A stretch of DNA of 64,000 nucleotides from Octopus vulgaris (GCA_951406725.2 OX597837.1:43896001-43960000); one strand, 5' to 3'; shown: positions 15,183-29,109, numbered from the stretch's first letter. A program made the numbers and translations. The notes: generated by a model from the letters alone, not told the origin.

Positions 15183-15443
15183 TATTTGTGCGGTTGTGTG
15201 GGTTTTTTTGTGGTTAAGATGTTTGTTTAGCTAACACGGGCAGAGCGGGGTTCTATTGCACGGTACGGTGCAGTGAGCAATTCCTTACTGTCAGGTCCTC
15301 AAGCTAACCAGTAACGTGCAATGCATGACATCCTATCCAAGGAAAATGAGGAAAACACCGGCCTATGTGTGTGTCTGTGTTCAGATACTCATACCCAAAC
15401 ACACACACGATATATACATTATATGTATATGATAAACGTATAC

Positions 15444-15478
<35 letters not shown>

Positions 15479-15486
15479 GGCATATC

Positions 15487-15571
15487 TAGACCTGATGAAT
15501 GACTATATTTAAATTGAATTGATTTTATTGCTATCAATTTGAAAATGTAGCCACGAAACACGTGTAGTCTA
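15487..15571 (+). ncRNA. Type I hammerhead ribozyme (probable PLE remnant)
   Basis: TAGAC-CTGATGA-[ATGACTATATTT..AAATGTAGCCAC]-GAAA-CACGTG-TA-GTCTA: perfect 5-bp stem I, palindromic stem III, two mismatches in stem II. Lies next to (TA)n. Confidence 0.78.
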
Positions 15572-15910
15572 TTTACTAATTACATACTATTTATTTATTA
15601 TTTCGTACTTTATTTAGTTCTAGGTAAATGTTTTGTCGTCTTTAATTTTTTTCTATATGGTATGATTTAAGTATATCATTGTTGAATTGCTACATAGTGG
15701 TTCTTCTCTAATTCATATACATGTATTATGTGTATGTATATATATGTGGCCATGCTAGAGCACCGCCTTTAGTCGAAAAACGTCGACACCAGAACTTATT
15801 CTTTGTAAGCCTTGTACTTATTCTATCGGTCTCTTTTGCTGCTAAGTTACGGGGATGTAAACACACCAGTATCGGTTGTCAAACAATGATGGGGGTACAA
15901 AAACAGACAC

Positions 15911-15974
<64 letters not shown>

Positions 15975-16194
15975 TAATATAGGTTTAAAAGTGCCAGCAT
16001 ATTAAAATACCTTTAACGGTGAAAATTATAAACAATTTATAAACAAGGGTAAAGAAAAAATATTTCTATGACAATATGCTGAGAGCAGACTTTAAATCGT
16101 CAATCACCTCATGATAAATATATACTCACTATAAATACACGTCGTGCTGAAATCGAGGAAAGCGAGCTAACAGAATTTTTTTTAAAGTTCGTTA

Positions 16195-16253
16195 TTTCTA
16201 TAGTGAATCAATTTCGGGATTAATCCCATGGATTTTTCCCTCTTCAGTAGAAA
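16195..16253 (-). ncRNA. Type I hammerhead ribozyme (probable PLE remnant)
   Basis: Reverse strand TTTCTA-CTGAAGA-GGGA..TCCC-GAAA-TTGATTCAC-TA-TAGAAA: 6-bp stem I, 4-bp stem II, one mismatch in stem III. Confidence 0.7.
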
Positions 16254-16326
16254 ATACGATAAGAAATAAATGAAATACTTACAAGCACCCATGGAAAAAA
16301 GCATATATATATATAAATAAATATGA

Positions 16327-16366
<40 letters not shown>

Positions 16367-17175
16367 ATATGTATATATAAATATACATATATATATATAT
16401 ATATATATTACATGTGTAAGTATGTATGTATGCATGTATTAAGACAGGCTTCTTCCAGTTTCCGTCTACCAAATTCACTCACAAGGCTTTGGGTCGCCCG
16501 AGGCTATAATCGAAGACACTTGCCCATGGTGCTACGCAGTGGGAACTGAACCCGGAGCCATGTGATTCGGTAGCAAGCTTCTTACCACACAGCCTCATTT
16601 TTATTGTTATTGTTGTTGTTGCTGTCGTTGTTAAATATATATGCTAAATGTGTATTGTATATACAATTATATATATATATTTCTATACAAAACACCTTTA
16701 TTCATCTCCTTGCTTTAGTCATTGGATTACGGCTGTGCTGAGTCACTGAATTGAATATTTTTTCGATTAAATCAACCGCAATACTTACGCTGTGAAAAAA
16801 ATCGAAGCCGTTTAACAATGCAGATGAAAATCTCAGTAATTAGAATAACAAACTTATTGAAACACTATGATATATTTTCTTTTAATCTTCCAAATATTTC
16901 ATATATTTTAATGTCGGATATTTCGGGCGTTTTGTTCATTTCTTTCTCGTGTTCTCTTAATGCCCCCCGGAAATTGGTTTCTTACCCGAAATAACTATTT
17001 AATTATTTGTAAAGTAACATCTCAATATATTTGCTATTGTTATTATAGATATTTAATTTTACACCGGCATTGTTATGGTCTTCTGTTGGGTTTTCTACGT
17101 ATCCAAGCAAACTGTAACATTTTCATACATACATACATATACATACATACATACGTACACACACTCACACATATG

Positions 17176-17299
<124 letters not shown>

Positions 17300-18229
17300 G
17301 TATATATATAGTATATATATATATAATATGTGTGTATATGTGTATGTGGTTATGTGTGAGTAGGTGTGTGGTGTATATGTATTATTATGTGTTTATGTGT
17401 GGGTGAGAATGTCTTGAATTTAGAGGCCCAACCGAATTATTTCCCTTTACTCCAAAGCATTTTATATTTTATGGCAACTGCTGTATTTTGCCGAAAGGCG
17501 GAGCTGTTGTTAATGAGAAACGAATTAAGAAGCGTGCAACACTTTATCAAGTAACACAACAATTTCCAAAATTTAGTTTTGGCTCTCATCCGGCAAGAAT
17601 GCATTCTTGTATGTTTTCATGGTGTCAGATTTTGACAAAAGGTCGGGTATTTTAGGGGTGGGTCTAAGTCGATTACATTCACCCTAGTGTTCGACTGATA
17701 TTTATTTTATCGACCCCGAAAGGATGACAGGCAATGGTGACATCGGTGGAATTTGGACTCGGCATTTGGACTCAGAACGTAAGGACGGACGAAACGCCGC
17801 TAAGAATTTTTTCTAATGATATAAAATTAAATATCTATAATAATAATAGCAAATATATTTAGATGTTATTTTACAAATAATTAAATAGTTATTTCCGATA
17901 AGAAACCAATTTCTGGGGGCATTAAGAGAACACGAGAAAGAAATTAATAAAAGGCCCGAAATATCTGACATTAAAATATATGAATATATTTGTTCGCCTT
18001 AAATATTGGTCTGTAACGATGGATTTCATCATGGCAGGGATCCTAAAGAGGGTTGGAAATACCAACTGAAGTGCATTCCTGCCAAACCCTTTGAAAGACT
18101 TGATGAAGACCTGAAGAAATGGCAGAACGTTAGACACGATTTGGAGCAACGGTTTGAAGCCGAACACACCAAGTGACAAGATCTACAAAAGCTACTCTGT
18201 AATACTAAACATCCTTCAATTCATTAATA

Positions 18230-18630
18230 GGCGTAAGAGTGGCTGTGTGGTAAGCAGCTTGCTTACGAACCATATGGTTCTGGGTTCAGTCCCACTGCGT
18301 GGCACCTTGGGCAAGTGCCTTCTACTATAGCCTCGGGCCGACCAAAGCCTTCTTAATGAATTTGGTAGACGAAAACTGAAAGAAGCCAGTCCTATATATG
18401 TAAATATATGTGTGTGTGGGTATATGTTTGTGTGTCTGTATTTGTCCCTCCAACATTGCTCGACAACCGATGCTGGTGTGTTTACGTCCCCGTAACTTAG
18501 CGGTTCAGCAAAAGAGACCGATAAAATAAGTACAAGGCTTACACAGAATAAGCTCTGGGGTCGTTTTGCTTGACTAAAAGCGGTGCTCCAACATGGCCGC
18601 AGTCAAATGACTGAAACAAGTAAAAAGAGT
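18230..18630 (+). mobile_element. tRNA-derived SINE family 2 with internal microsatellite
   Basis: GTGGCTGTGTGGTAAG...GGTTCAGTCCC..CCTTGGGCAAGTG head and GACTGAAACAAGTAAAA tail. Other copies at about 33328-33795, 36826-37246, 46015-46445 (+) and 27670-28213, 53390-54035 (-). Confidence 0.8.
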
Positions 18631-19606
18631 AATATAGCAGGCTATCTTAATTATCAAAAAAGACAATTTAACTAGCAAAACAAAAGCAACAAATATTGAT
18701 TGTTGACTGAAGTGCTGATATTATTAGAACCAGTTACAAAATGCTTAGTGGTATTTCGCCCGTCGCTATGTTCCGAGTTCAAATTCCGCCGAGGTCGACT
18801 TTGCTTTCCATCCTTTCGGGGTCGATAAATTTAGTACCAGTAAAACACCGGAGTCGATATAATAAAGTACCAGTAATGTTCTGGAGATGATGGGATCGAC
18901 TATCCTCCTTATCTAAAATTGCTGGCCCGGTTTCTTTTGGCACAAGGCCAGCAGTTTTAGGACTGCGAGCAAGTCGATTACTTAGTACTCGGCTGGTACT
19001 TTATCGACCTCGAAAGGATGAGAAGCAAATTGGTCCTCGGTGGAATTTGAACCCAGAACCTAAAAACCTGGAGGAAATGCCGCTAAGCATTTCGTCTGAC
19101 CATGCTACCAGGACACGGCCTTAATGTATTATCATTAATAATCCTTTCTACGATGGGCACAAGGCCTGGAATTTTGTGAGGAGGGATCTAATTGACCCAT
19201 TTCCTCAACGTTTACTTATTTCATTGACACGAAAACGATGAAAGATAAAGTAGACCTTGGTAGAATTTGAACTCAGAACGTAAAGCCATGTCGCTAAGCA
19301 TCTTGTCCCGTGTGGTAACGACTGCGCTAGCTCGCCGCCCTCATATTATAATGGGTTTCAAATTTTGGCACAGGGCCACCAAATTCGGGAGAGTTGTAAG
19401 TCGATTATATTGACCCCAGGGCTCAACTAATACTTATTTTATCGACCTCGAAAGGATGAAAGGCAATGTCAACCTCGGTGGAATTTGAACTCGAAACGTA
19501 AAGACAGAAGAAATGCCGTTATTCACTTTTTCCCAGGGTGCTGACGATTCGGCCTGCTCACCAGTTTTAATATCCATGCCCACCGGTTGAATATATATAA
19601 TGGAAA

Positions 19607-20005
19607 GGCGGCGAGCTGGCAGAAATGTTAGCATACCGGGCGAAATGCTCAGCGGTATTTCGTCTGCCGCTACGTCCTGAGTTCAAATTCCGCCGAGGTC
19701 GAGTTTGCCTTATATCCTTTCGGGGCCGATTAAATAAGTACCAGTTACGCACTGGGGTCGATGTAATCGACTTAATCCGTTTGTCTGTCCTTGTTTGTCC
19801 CCTCTGTGTTTAGCCGCTTGTGGGTAGTAAAGAAATAGATATTTTGTCTGTCTTTACGTTCTGAGTTCAAATTTCGCTGAGGTCGACTTTAACTTTCATC
19901 CTTTCGGGGTCGATAAATTAAGTACCAGTTGTGTACTGGGGTCGATCTAATCGACTGCCCCACCTCCCCAAAAATTTCGGGCCTTGTGCCTAGAGTAGAA
20001 AATAA
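19607..20005 (+). mobile_element. Nin/Deu-like SINE dimer, head-to-head with reverse-strand copies at ~18930-19565
   Basis: Same motifs as 187-1060. Confidence 0.75.
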
Positions 20006-20504
20006 TATAAGTAATGGAAAGAAAATAAGAATGCAAGACTAAGAACGTCAACGGAATCAATTTAAACATCTGAAAAGAAAGTTAACTTTCTTATAAGAAA
20101 ACATTCAGAGAATTCTTTCCTCTGACCATATCAATATTCCCGTATCATTTAAGGAAATGCGTCAAGGGAAATAACTCAAACGGGCTGAAAGGAAGAATTT
20201 TGATAAATAATTGAAATTGTGACAGAGCGTGTTGGGAATATGCAAGTAAATTGGTTCCCAACCTTACCGAAATACTTCCGCAATGGAAAGAAATTGTCGC
20301 AGATGAAGTATTATTATAATAGCCACACAAATATTGTAGAATAATGTGAGATGTCTGGTAGTCTGACTATGACGTCATAATGTTTGAAGTCAATTTTTTA
20401 TGTACGATTTGATAAATATTAATTAAGCAAAATCGTTTTGAGAGAAAGAAAAACGTTTACGAAAACTACTTCAATTGTAGACTGTTCAATCGCTAAACGA
20501 TATA

Positions 20505-20580
<76 letters not shown>

Positions 20581-20812
20581 TCTCTTTTACTCTTTTACTT
20601 GTTTCGGTCATTTGACTGTGGCCATGTTGGAGCACCGCCTTTAGTCGAGCACATCGACCATAGAACTTGTTTTCTTTGTAAGCCTAGTACTTATTCTATC
20701 GGTCTCTTTTGCCGAACCGCTAAGTTACGGAAACATAAGCACACCACCATCGGTTGTCAAGCAATGTTGGGGTGGGGAACAAACACAGACACACAAACAT
20801 ATGCACACACAT

Positions 20813-20853
<41 letters not shown>

Positions 20854-22023
20854 CGACGTTCTGAGTTCAAATTCCACTGAGGTCGACTTTACCTTTCATT
20901 CCCTCAGGGATGTAATCGACGTAACTCCACTCCCGGACTTGCTGGCCTTGTGCTAGAACTTAAAACCAATATAATCTACAGTAATTCCCCGGAATGAAAT
21001 CCAGTATTTAAATACAGAATCAGTAAGAAATATAGAGTTAAAATACCCGTAATTATTTCCATGTAAATGGTACTAAATCATAAGTAGAAGCCAGAGGACA
21101 AATGGCATAATGCACTTTTCACATCTTATATATATATCTTTATATATATTTATAAATTTGTTCTTTTAAATATATGGTTTTTCTTACATTTTAAGCAATA
21201 TATCAAGTTTTTCTTTCTTTCTAAAACGACACCAAGGAAGAGGCAGCTAATAAGAAAAATATGCAAGCCATGTTAAATAGTACATTAGACGGAGAAACTG
21301 CAAAATATAGCAGACCTTATATTCTCATTCTTCAAACTGGAGTCTATAATTAAAACTAAACAGATGTGAATAAATCATAGCCAGAAACTAGAGGCCAAAT
21401 TAAGCTACCCTAACGTTTCCGTTTTTATCCATCAATTCCGTTTAGCTTCTTTCTTTTTATTTTTCTCAATTTCTTCTTCTTCTTCTTCTTCTTCTTCTTC
21501 TTCTTCTTCTTCTTCTTCTTCTTCTTCTTCTTCTTCTTCTTCTTCTTCTTTTACTTTTTTATTTTAATTTTACTTTGTGATATTTTTTTTATACTATCTT
21601 CCTTATTTTCTTCATCTTGGCTTTTTATATTTAAATGGTGTACATTTATATTTTTAAATTCTGTTTTACACCATAAGGTATGCAATTTATACATTTTACT
21701 TTCCTATCTTTCATGGTATATATTTTTTAAAAAAAAAACAAATGTTGCGAAAGACAATTTCTGCTAAGAAATTACAACCTTTGTGTGGTGTGTATCACAT
21801 GCCGCCATATTCGATGAGGACATTTAATATCGGTTTCAAATTTTGGCACAAGTTCAGCAAGTTTGGAGGAAGAGTAAGTCGATTTAATCGACCCCAGCAC
21901 TCAACTGGTACTTATTCTATTGACCCCGAAAGGATGAAAGGCAAAGTCGACTTCGGCGGAATTTGAACTCAGAACGTAACGGCAGACGAAATACTGCTAA
22001 GCATTTTGCCGACCTGCAGACGA

Positions 22024-22259
22024 TTTTGTTAGCCTACAACCCTCAGGACAGTTAATATTGAATATTTGTGTCCACAAATTTTACATGGGAGCTAAGGACA
22101 GACAGACAGTAACTCTGAACAATGGAAAATGGCGTCGTTGCTGTGATCTGTTTATCTTTATATTCAGAAATAGTACATCTAAAATAAGAGAATTTCCACT
22201 CTTATTTCTAGTAGATCGGACAACCACGTAGAGAATGCTTAATGATGGCGGTGGTCGAG
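22024..22259 (+). repeat. 236-bp direct repeat, copy 1
   Basis: Matches 23684-23919 at offset 1660 with about 2 substitutions. Confidence 0.93.
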
Positions 22260-22520
22260 GACACTTCTGGTCGTCTCCTACTTATACAAAAGCATACACA
22301 TACATGCGTATGTATGTATGTATGTATGTATGTATGTATGTATGTATGTATGTATGTATGTATGTATGAATGTATGTATTATGTAGGTAGGTGGGTAGGT
22401 AGTTATTCATGTATGCTTTCTTCTTTATGTATGTGCATATATATGCATGTATATATATGAATACATATATACATACGTATGTATGTGTGTGTGAGTGTGT
22501 GTGTATATAACCGTCACTTT

Positions 22521-22551
<31 letters not shown>

Positions 22552-22651
22552 GGTGTATCCAAACAAAGAAGAACAAACGAGATAAAACAATAACGTGAGG
22601 ACGTGGTACAAGTACTGTATTATCAGACGCTCAGGAAAGGAAGGAAAGAGG

Positions 22652-22686
22652 ATTTAACGTTTCGAGCCTTACTCTTCATCAGAAAT
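22652..22686 (-). ncRNA. Minimal type I hammerhead motif
   Basis: Reverse strand ATTT-CTGATGA-AGAGTAAGGCTC-GAAA-CG-TT-AAAT: ACGT palindromic stem III and 4-bp stem I. Confidence 0.62.
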
Positions 22687-23039
22687 AGAGGAAAGTCCAA
22701 AGGAAGGGGAGACAGTGGAAGAAAATCGCCAATGATACACACACGGTTACCTTATATATATGCAGACACACACATACAGAGATATACATATAAGTGTATA
22801 TACATACATACATACATACATACATACATACATACATACATACATACATACATACATACATACATACATACATACGTTAACATAGTGCTGAGAAGTGAAG
22901 AAACCAATAGCCTACCTGTCAGTAGCCTACTCTTCAGGAAGTACTCTCTTCCTGATGACTTCCCCCATACAACCCCAGACTAACCAGACTAACACACCTC
23001 AACGAAGACCTGAATGTGAAAAGCCCAGCATACCAAAAC

Positions 23040-23682
23040 AAGACTGTGAAGGTATGTTCACGAAGACTTGAACAAGATAGTAATGTCGACATGAAGTGAG
23101 GACTCTCTTGAATTTGTGACCGCTACGTCACGCTTCGAAGGCCATGCATTTGTAGTCCAAGAACAGGAGATGGCTACTAAGTACCTAATAAAAACAGGAG
23201 ACAGTGAAACCCTTGGAGCTCCAAAATGCCACCACAAATGTAGAAAATGTCATATTTCTGTGAAAGACTGCACACGTGATTAACAGCAGTCCAATAATAT
23301 CAATGCATTATTTCCCTATGCAACACGACGTTGTTGCTAAAACAATATACAATGCCATCCGGTAAAAAATATTATCCTGGAATAAATATAGAGAATCCTT
23401 CTGTTATTGAATAGGTACGCAAATATCAACATAAGGAATACTGGTGGAACATCCCCCATCAAAACATATGTCAAGTATAAGAATAACAGGCTGGATATTG
23501 TTATTTGGGACAGACACGATTAAGTTTATATTATCATAGAGGCCAGCTGTCATGTTGATGTGAATAACCCTTTAAAAATCTAAGAGAAAGAGAGATAACT
23601 ATAGGCAACTGCTTCGAAACATCCAGGTTTCTATATCTAGATCATATATTTACATTTATACCAATAATAATTCGGGCACTTA
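23040..23682 (+). pseudogene. Decayed 3' end of a non-LTR retrotransposon with restriction-like endonuclease
   Basis: Frameshifted pieces translate as FEGHAFVVQEQEMATKYL, KCRKC, HDVVAKTIYN, EYWWNIPIKT, NNRLDIVIWD, IIEASC..DVN and FIPIII, resembling the zinc knuckle and PD..D RLE of R2-group (R4/Dong-like) elements. Confidence 0.72.
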
Positions 23683-23683
23683 G

Positions 23684-23919
23684 TTTTGTTAGCCTACAAC
23701 CCTCAGGACAGTTAATATTGAATATTTGTGTCCACAAATTTTACATGGGAGCTAAGGACAGACAGACAGTAACTCTGAACAATGGAAAATGGCGTCGTTG
23801 CCGTCATCTGTTTATCTTTATATTCAGAAATAGTACATCTAAAATAAGAGAATTTCCACTCTTATTTCTAGTAGATCGGACAACCACGTAGAGAATGCTT
23901 AATGATGGCGGTGGTCGAG
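23684..23919 (+). repeat. 236-bp direct repeat, copy 2
   Basis: See 22024-22259. Confidence 0.93.
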
Positions 23920-24536
23920 CAGGCCGTTCCGTCGATCGGCTCAACTGGAACCCTTATCGTCGTAACCGACGGCGGACCAGCTGAATATCATTTTAATCAA
24001 TACAAAAGGTTGGCTGTGACTTCGAAGTTCCGAAATTCTGACCGAGATCCATTAAAAATTATTGCAAGTCATTAAAATGTCAGTTTACAACTTTATCAAT
24101 TTCATTAATACACACTTAATTGCATTTCCACAATAAACATAATTACTTCTTCCCGTATATTTAATGAAATATATTCTATAACGCAGCGTTATTAGATTGC
24201 AATTAATTCAATGCGGCATTCACCTATTACAAGGGGTATTGTCCTTTGACTGAGATGATTGTATGCAGAATAAGGTGTTTTAATATATTATAGAATGGTT
24301 GTGTTGGAGTTTCCGTCGCTTTCGACGAAGAGCATCCATTTGCTTAAGAAAGTAAAAAGCGCCTTCACGAAGCATTTAGACGCATAAGGCCGGTTTCCTG
24401 GTTTCCTGGTATATATGTATATATATATATGTATACTTTATTTAAAGCAGCAGAAAATTCAACAAAACCATATTACTCTACCACTGGTATTTGAGTACTC
24501 TTTTTCCACCTTGTTTCACATTTATGTGTTTACTCC

Positions 24537-24621
<85 letters not shown>

Positions 24622-25312
24622 GTATATGTATATGTATATAATAATAATAATGATCATAATAATATTTTGCTCAAACATAGCGAGACTAATAACCTGGTGT
24701 GTAACTCAGAATATGTACAATCCAGAACACAATGTTGTTGTACGATTGGTAATATTTGCATATTTTTTTTCCTTAGGATAGAACTTTCCAGATCGATCAA
24801 CGTAAACATTCTCACCCGTAACGCTTGTATGTTTTCAAAATGTAATCTCCCCAAATAAAGTGCACTTCATATTCAAGGCTCTGATGAAGCTATACGATGA
24901 TATCCTGGTAATCAACAAAGAGCCCACCAATTCTTGTGGCAGAAACAGCTGTAAGCGAACGCAATTCATTACATAACATTTTCCGGAGCCATGTATATAT
25001 ATATGTGTATATATATATATATATAAGGAGCAAAAATGCTGGAGAATCAGTATACACCACGTGGCAAAATTATGAAGTGAAAATATGTAGAAAACATATA
25101 TAATAAAAGGGAAGGGAAATGTCTTCACTTTATATAGATTTGATATCTTTTTATAAAAAAAAATAATCTAAACCGGTTGGATTTCACTACATTTTAGGGG
25201 CCTTTTGCCATCCTTAAAATATGTATATATATTTTTTTATAAAAAAGACATTAAAACTATGTGAAATGAAGGCATTTCTCTTCCCCTTTTTTATATGTTT
25301 TCGACATACTTT

Positions 25313-25353
<41 letters not shown>

Positions 25354-25517
25354 TAGCATTTTATAAATTTAGTCCTGGTTGAAAATATTTCGGTTCGATT
25401 CTTTTATAATATTTACTGTTGCCTGTAAAATTATGAACTTTAAAATCCTTTCTGTTGTAGGCACAAGATTGGAAGTTGGTTGGAGGGGGACAGTCGATTA
25501 CATCGACTCCAGCACCT

Positions 25518-25562
<45 letters not shown>

Positions 25563-25616
25563 TATATAAATATATGAAAGAATGGAGCTGAACGACGAAT
25601 TAACAAAATTGCTTTA

Positions 25617-25699
25617 TTTTCGACATATGTTTCGAAGGCTGCATATTCCTAATTGCGAAGGAATAAGGAGTACATTATGCCGCTTTCTCATCAGGAAAA
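25617..25699 (-). ncRNA. Type I hammerhead ribozyme (probable PLE remnant)
   Basis: Reverse strand TTTTC-CTGATGA-[GAAAGCGGCATA..TATGCAGCCTTC]-GAAA-CATATG-TC-GAAAA: canonical core, perfect stem I, palindromic stem III. Lies between (TA)n tracts. Confidence 0.82.
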
Positions 25700-25774
25700 G
25701 CAAGGAACTTATGTTAACATCAAAATGCAGAAAAAACTTTTAGATGATTGCTCACACGGAGCCCATATATATAC

Positions 25775-25845
<71 letters not shown>

Positions 25846-26095
25846 GCATGTAGATATATATATACATACATACAGATATTATGTATATATATATGTGCAT
25901 ACTTATATATCACATACATACTCGTTTACACATATATTGCAATAAGATTATGCACAAGCATTTAGCAATGAAAGCACAAATTCCCACAGCAGAAACAGCC
26001 GTAAGTTAATTATGTAATTCCTGTTCCTTTGTCAATCAGTTAATTCACGTATTTAACTGAATAAATAAATAGATAGATAGATAGATAGATGTATG

Positions 26096-26188
<93 letters not shown>

Positions 26189-26276
26189 CTGTTTATATGC
26201 ATATATATGTGTGTGTGTGTATTATGTATGTATATATGTATATGTATATATAAGTATATATATACACATACACACA

Positions 26277-26329
<53 letters not shown>

Positions 26330-28286
26330 TTAATATTCCCCGACCTCCATAACTTTTCTCCTTATGAGGATGGCTAACTGCATAGTCAACATGTAATTAG
26401 TTAAAACTCAAAGCAAATATTCACACATACATACAATCAAACACACACATGCACTAACTTGCATACATACATTAAAACAAATACACTCATATAAACACAC
26501 ACACATACTATATGTAGTTATAGACATACGTACCTTCTGCCATTATCACGAGAAAAATCGTGACTGTAAATGCTGAGCCGAGAGTCATCTTATTTTTTTT
26601 AGGGACAGCGTATTACAAAACACGGTCCCAGAAATCTTTAAGCGATTAAATATTTCAGAAAACGAATCGCGTCTTATAAATTGCCTTTATATAAACGCTG
26701 TCGAAGAGTGTTGAATAGCTCTCGAAAACTCTTACTAAAACACCTGTGTTGAACATCTATAGACAGACAAATCTTAGCGGTAAATTTATTGTCCTCTCAA
26801 ATCGTTTTCTTTTGTGTGGAGATTTTTATATTTTTATTTTTCCTGAGTAATAATATATATATGCATGTAAATGTGAAGATGTGTGTTTGTAGGTGTGCAT
26901 GTACTGTGAGTACACGTATATAATTTGTCTGTGTGTGTGTGAGGGAGAGAGAGAAAGAAAGAGAGAGAGAGAGAGAGAAAGAAAGAAAGAGAGAAAGTGA
27001 AGGAGGGGAAGAGAGAGAAAGTGAAGGAGAGGAAGAGAGAGATGTGGCTATTATAATAATAGTATTTATTTATGAATTTATAAGAACCTGAATACATGTA
27101 AGTGGCAGATGTGTGTGAATGTATATACGTGTATTCATGTGTGTGTATATATATGTGTGTGTGTGTGTAAATGTGAACGTGTATTTGTGTATTCAGAAGT
27201 GTGCATACGTAAGTGAACGTCTACTTGTGTATGTATATGTGTGACATGTGTGTGATAACCACGAATACAAGTGTTTCAGATGCGTATATTTCCATGCATA
27301 AGTATATGGATTTAAGTATGTGTACGCATGAGTGTAAACCCCATCTTTAAGGACTCGTCCACTTAGATAATACGAATATGCTTATGCATGTTTGAATAAA
27401 TATATATATGTGGATATATATGAGAGACTGTATGTGTGCGACTGTTATTTGTATGTAAGTACCATTTGAACATTCAGAGTGTATATCATGGGAATATGTA
27501 GGATAAGGGTGGGGAGGTTGCAGATTATATATGTTGAGTTTAATAGGGGGTGTATGAGTGAAAAGGATGAGAAGGGTTACCCGTAAGTACCCGTGTGGAT
27601 CTATACGAGTATAAATGCGGGTACGTATGAGCATGTGGGTATATGAGTATATCTTTATTTTTTATCTTTTTATCTTTTTACTTGTTTCAGTCATTAGACT
27701 GCGGCCATGCTGGAGCAACGCCTTGAAATGTTTTTAGTCGAATGACTCATTCCCACTGCTTATTTTCTTCCTTCTTTCTTTCTTTTGTTTTTTACTTTTG
27801 TTTTGTTTTTGTTTTTTTGCAGTCTGGTACTTATTCTATCGGTCTCCTTTACCAAACAGCTAGGTTACAAGGAGGTAAATACACCAACACCGGTGGTCAA
27901 ATATGATGGAGAACAAACACAGACACAAAGACAAGCATACACACACAGACACGCACAAACACAAACAGACAGGCACACACACACAAACACACACACACAA
28001 ACACATAAACACACACATACACAAACACACACACAAACATACACACACATATAGGATGAACTTTTTTCAGTTTTTCTCTACTACATTCACTCAAAAGGCT
28101 TTGGTCGGTCCGAGGTTATAGCAGAAGACACTTACCCAAAGTGCCACGCGGTGGTATTGAACCCGGAACCATGTAGTTGGGAAGCAGGCTTACCGCACAG
28201 CCATACATGCGCTTATGTGAATGTGTAAATATGTATGAAACTGTTGATATATATAAGTTTTTAATGAGCGTCTGCATACGTGAATG

Positions 28287-28673
28287 TGGAAGCACTCCGT
28301 CGGTTACGACGACGAGGGTTCCGGTTGATCCGAATCAACGGAACAGCCTGCTCGTGAAATTAACGTGTAAGTGGCTGAGCACTCCACAGTTACGTGCACC
28401 CTTTACGTAGTTCTCGGGGATATTCAGCGTGACACAGAGAGTGACAAGACCGGCCCCTTGAAATACAGGTACAACAGAAACAGGAAGTAAGAGTGAGAGA
28501 AAGTTGTGGCGAAAGAGTACAGCAGGGATCACCACCACCCCCCTGCCGGAGCCTCGTGGAGAATTTTTAGGTGTTTTCGCTCAATAAACACTCACAACGC
28601 CCGGTCTGGGAATCGAAACCGCGATCCTATGACCGCGAGTCCGCCGCCCTAACCACTGGGCCATTGCGCCTCC
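28287..28673 (-). mobile_element. tRNA-derived SINE family 3
   Basis: Reverse strand GGAGGCGCAATGGCCCAGTGGTTAGGG..GGTTTCGATTCCC (A and B boxes). Related heads at 41436 (+) and about 48315 (-); related bodies at 52270-52570 (+), 57350-57675 (-) and 63300-63620 (-). Confidence 0.78.
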
Positions 28674-28923
28674 ACATACGTGAATATGTGTAAGTATGTG
28701 AGTATGTGTAAATATGTGGGTATGTGTATGTGTAAATATTCATATTCATAGCACTCGTCTCCATTTTGGATGCGAGTGTATATAGATTCAGATATGATTT
28801 GATCTGATTTCAGCTCATGAACAGTGGATCTTATTTGTTCTACCAATTTTTTCACCATTTCTCCCCACCGCTCTCTCTCTATATATATATATACTTCATT
28901 GAAAAGCAGCAGAGATATCACAC

Positions 28924-28967
28924 AAACTGTTACTCAGAGTTTCACGTTCCCATTCGTCGGACAGTTT
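28924..28967 (-). ncRNA. Hammerhead-like motif with CCGACGA core
   Basis: Reverse strand AAACTGT-CCGACGA-ATG(GGAA)CGT-GAAA-CTCTGAG-TA-ACAGTTT: 7-bp stem I, GGAA-capped stem II, U4C core change. Confidence 0.62.
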
Positions 28968-29064
28968 TTGTTAGAATGCTGCTTTTCAATAAACCATATT
29001 ACTCTACTTCTGGTATTTGAGTACTCTTTTTTCCACCTTGTTTTACATTTATTCGCTTACTCCG

Positions 29065-29109
<45 letters not shown>

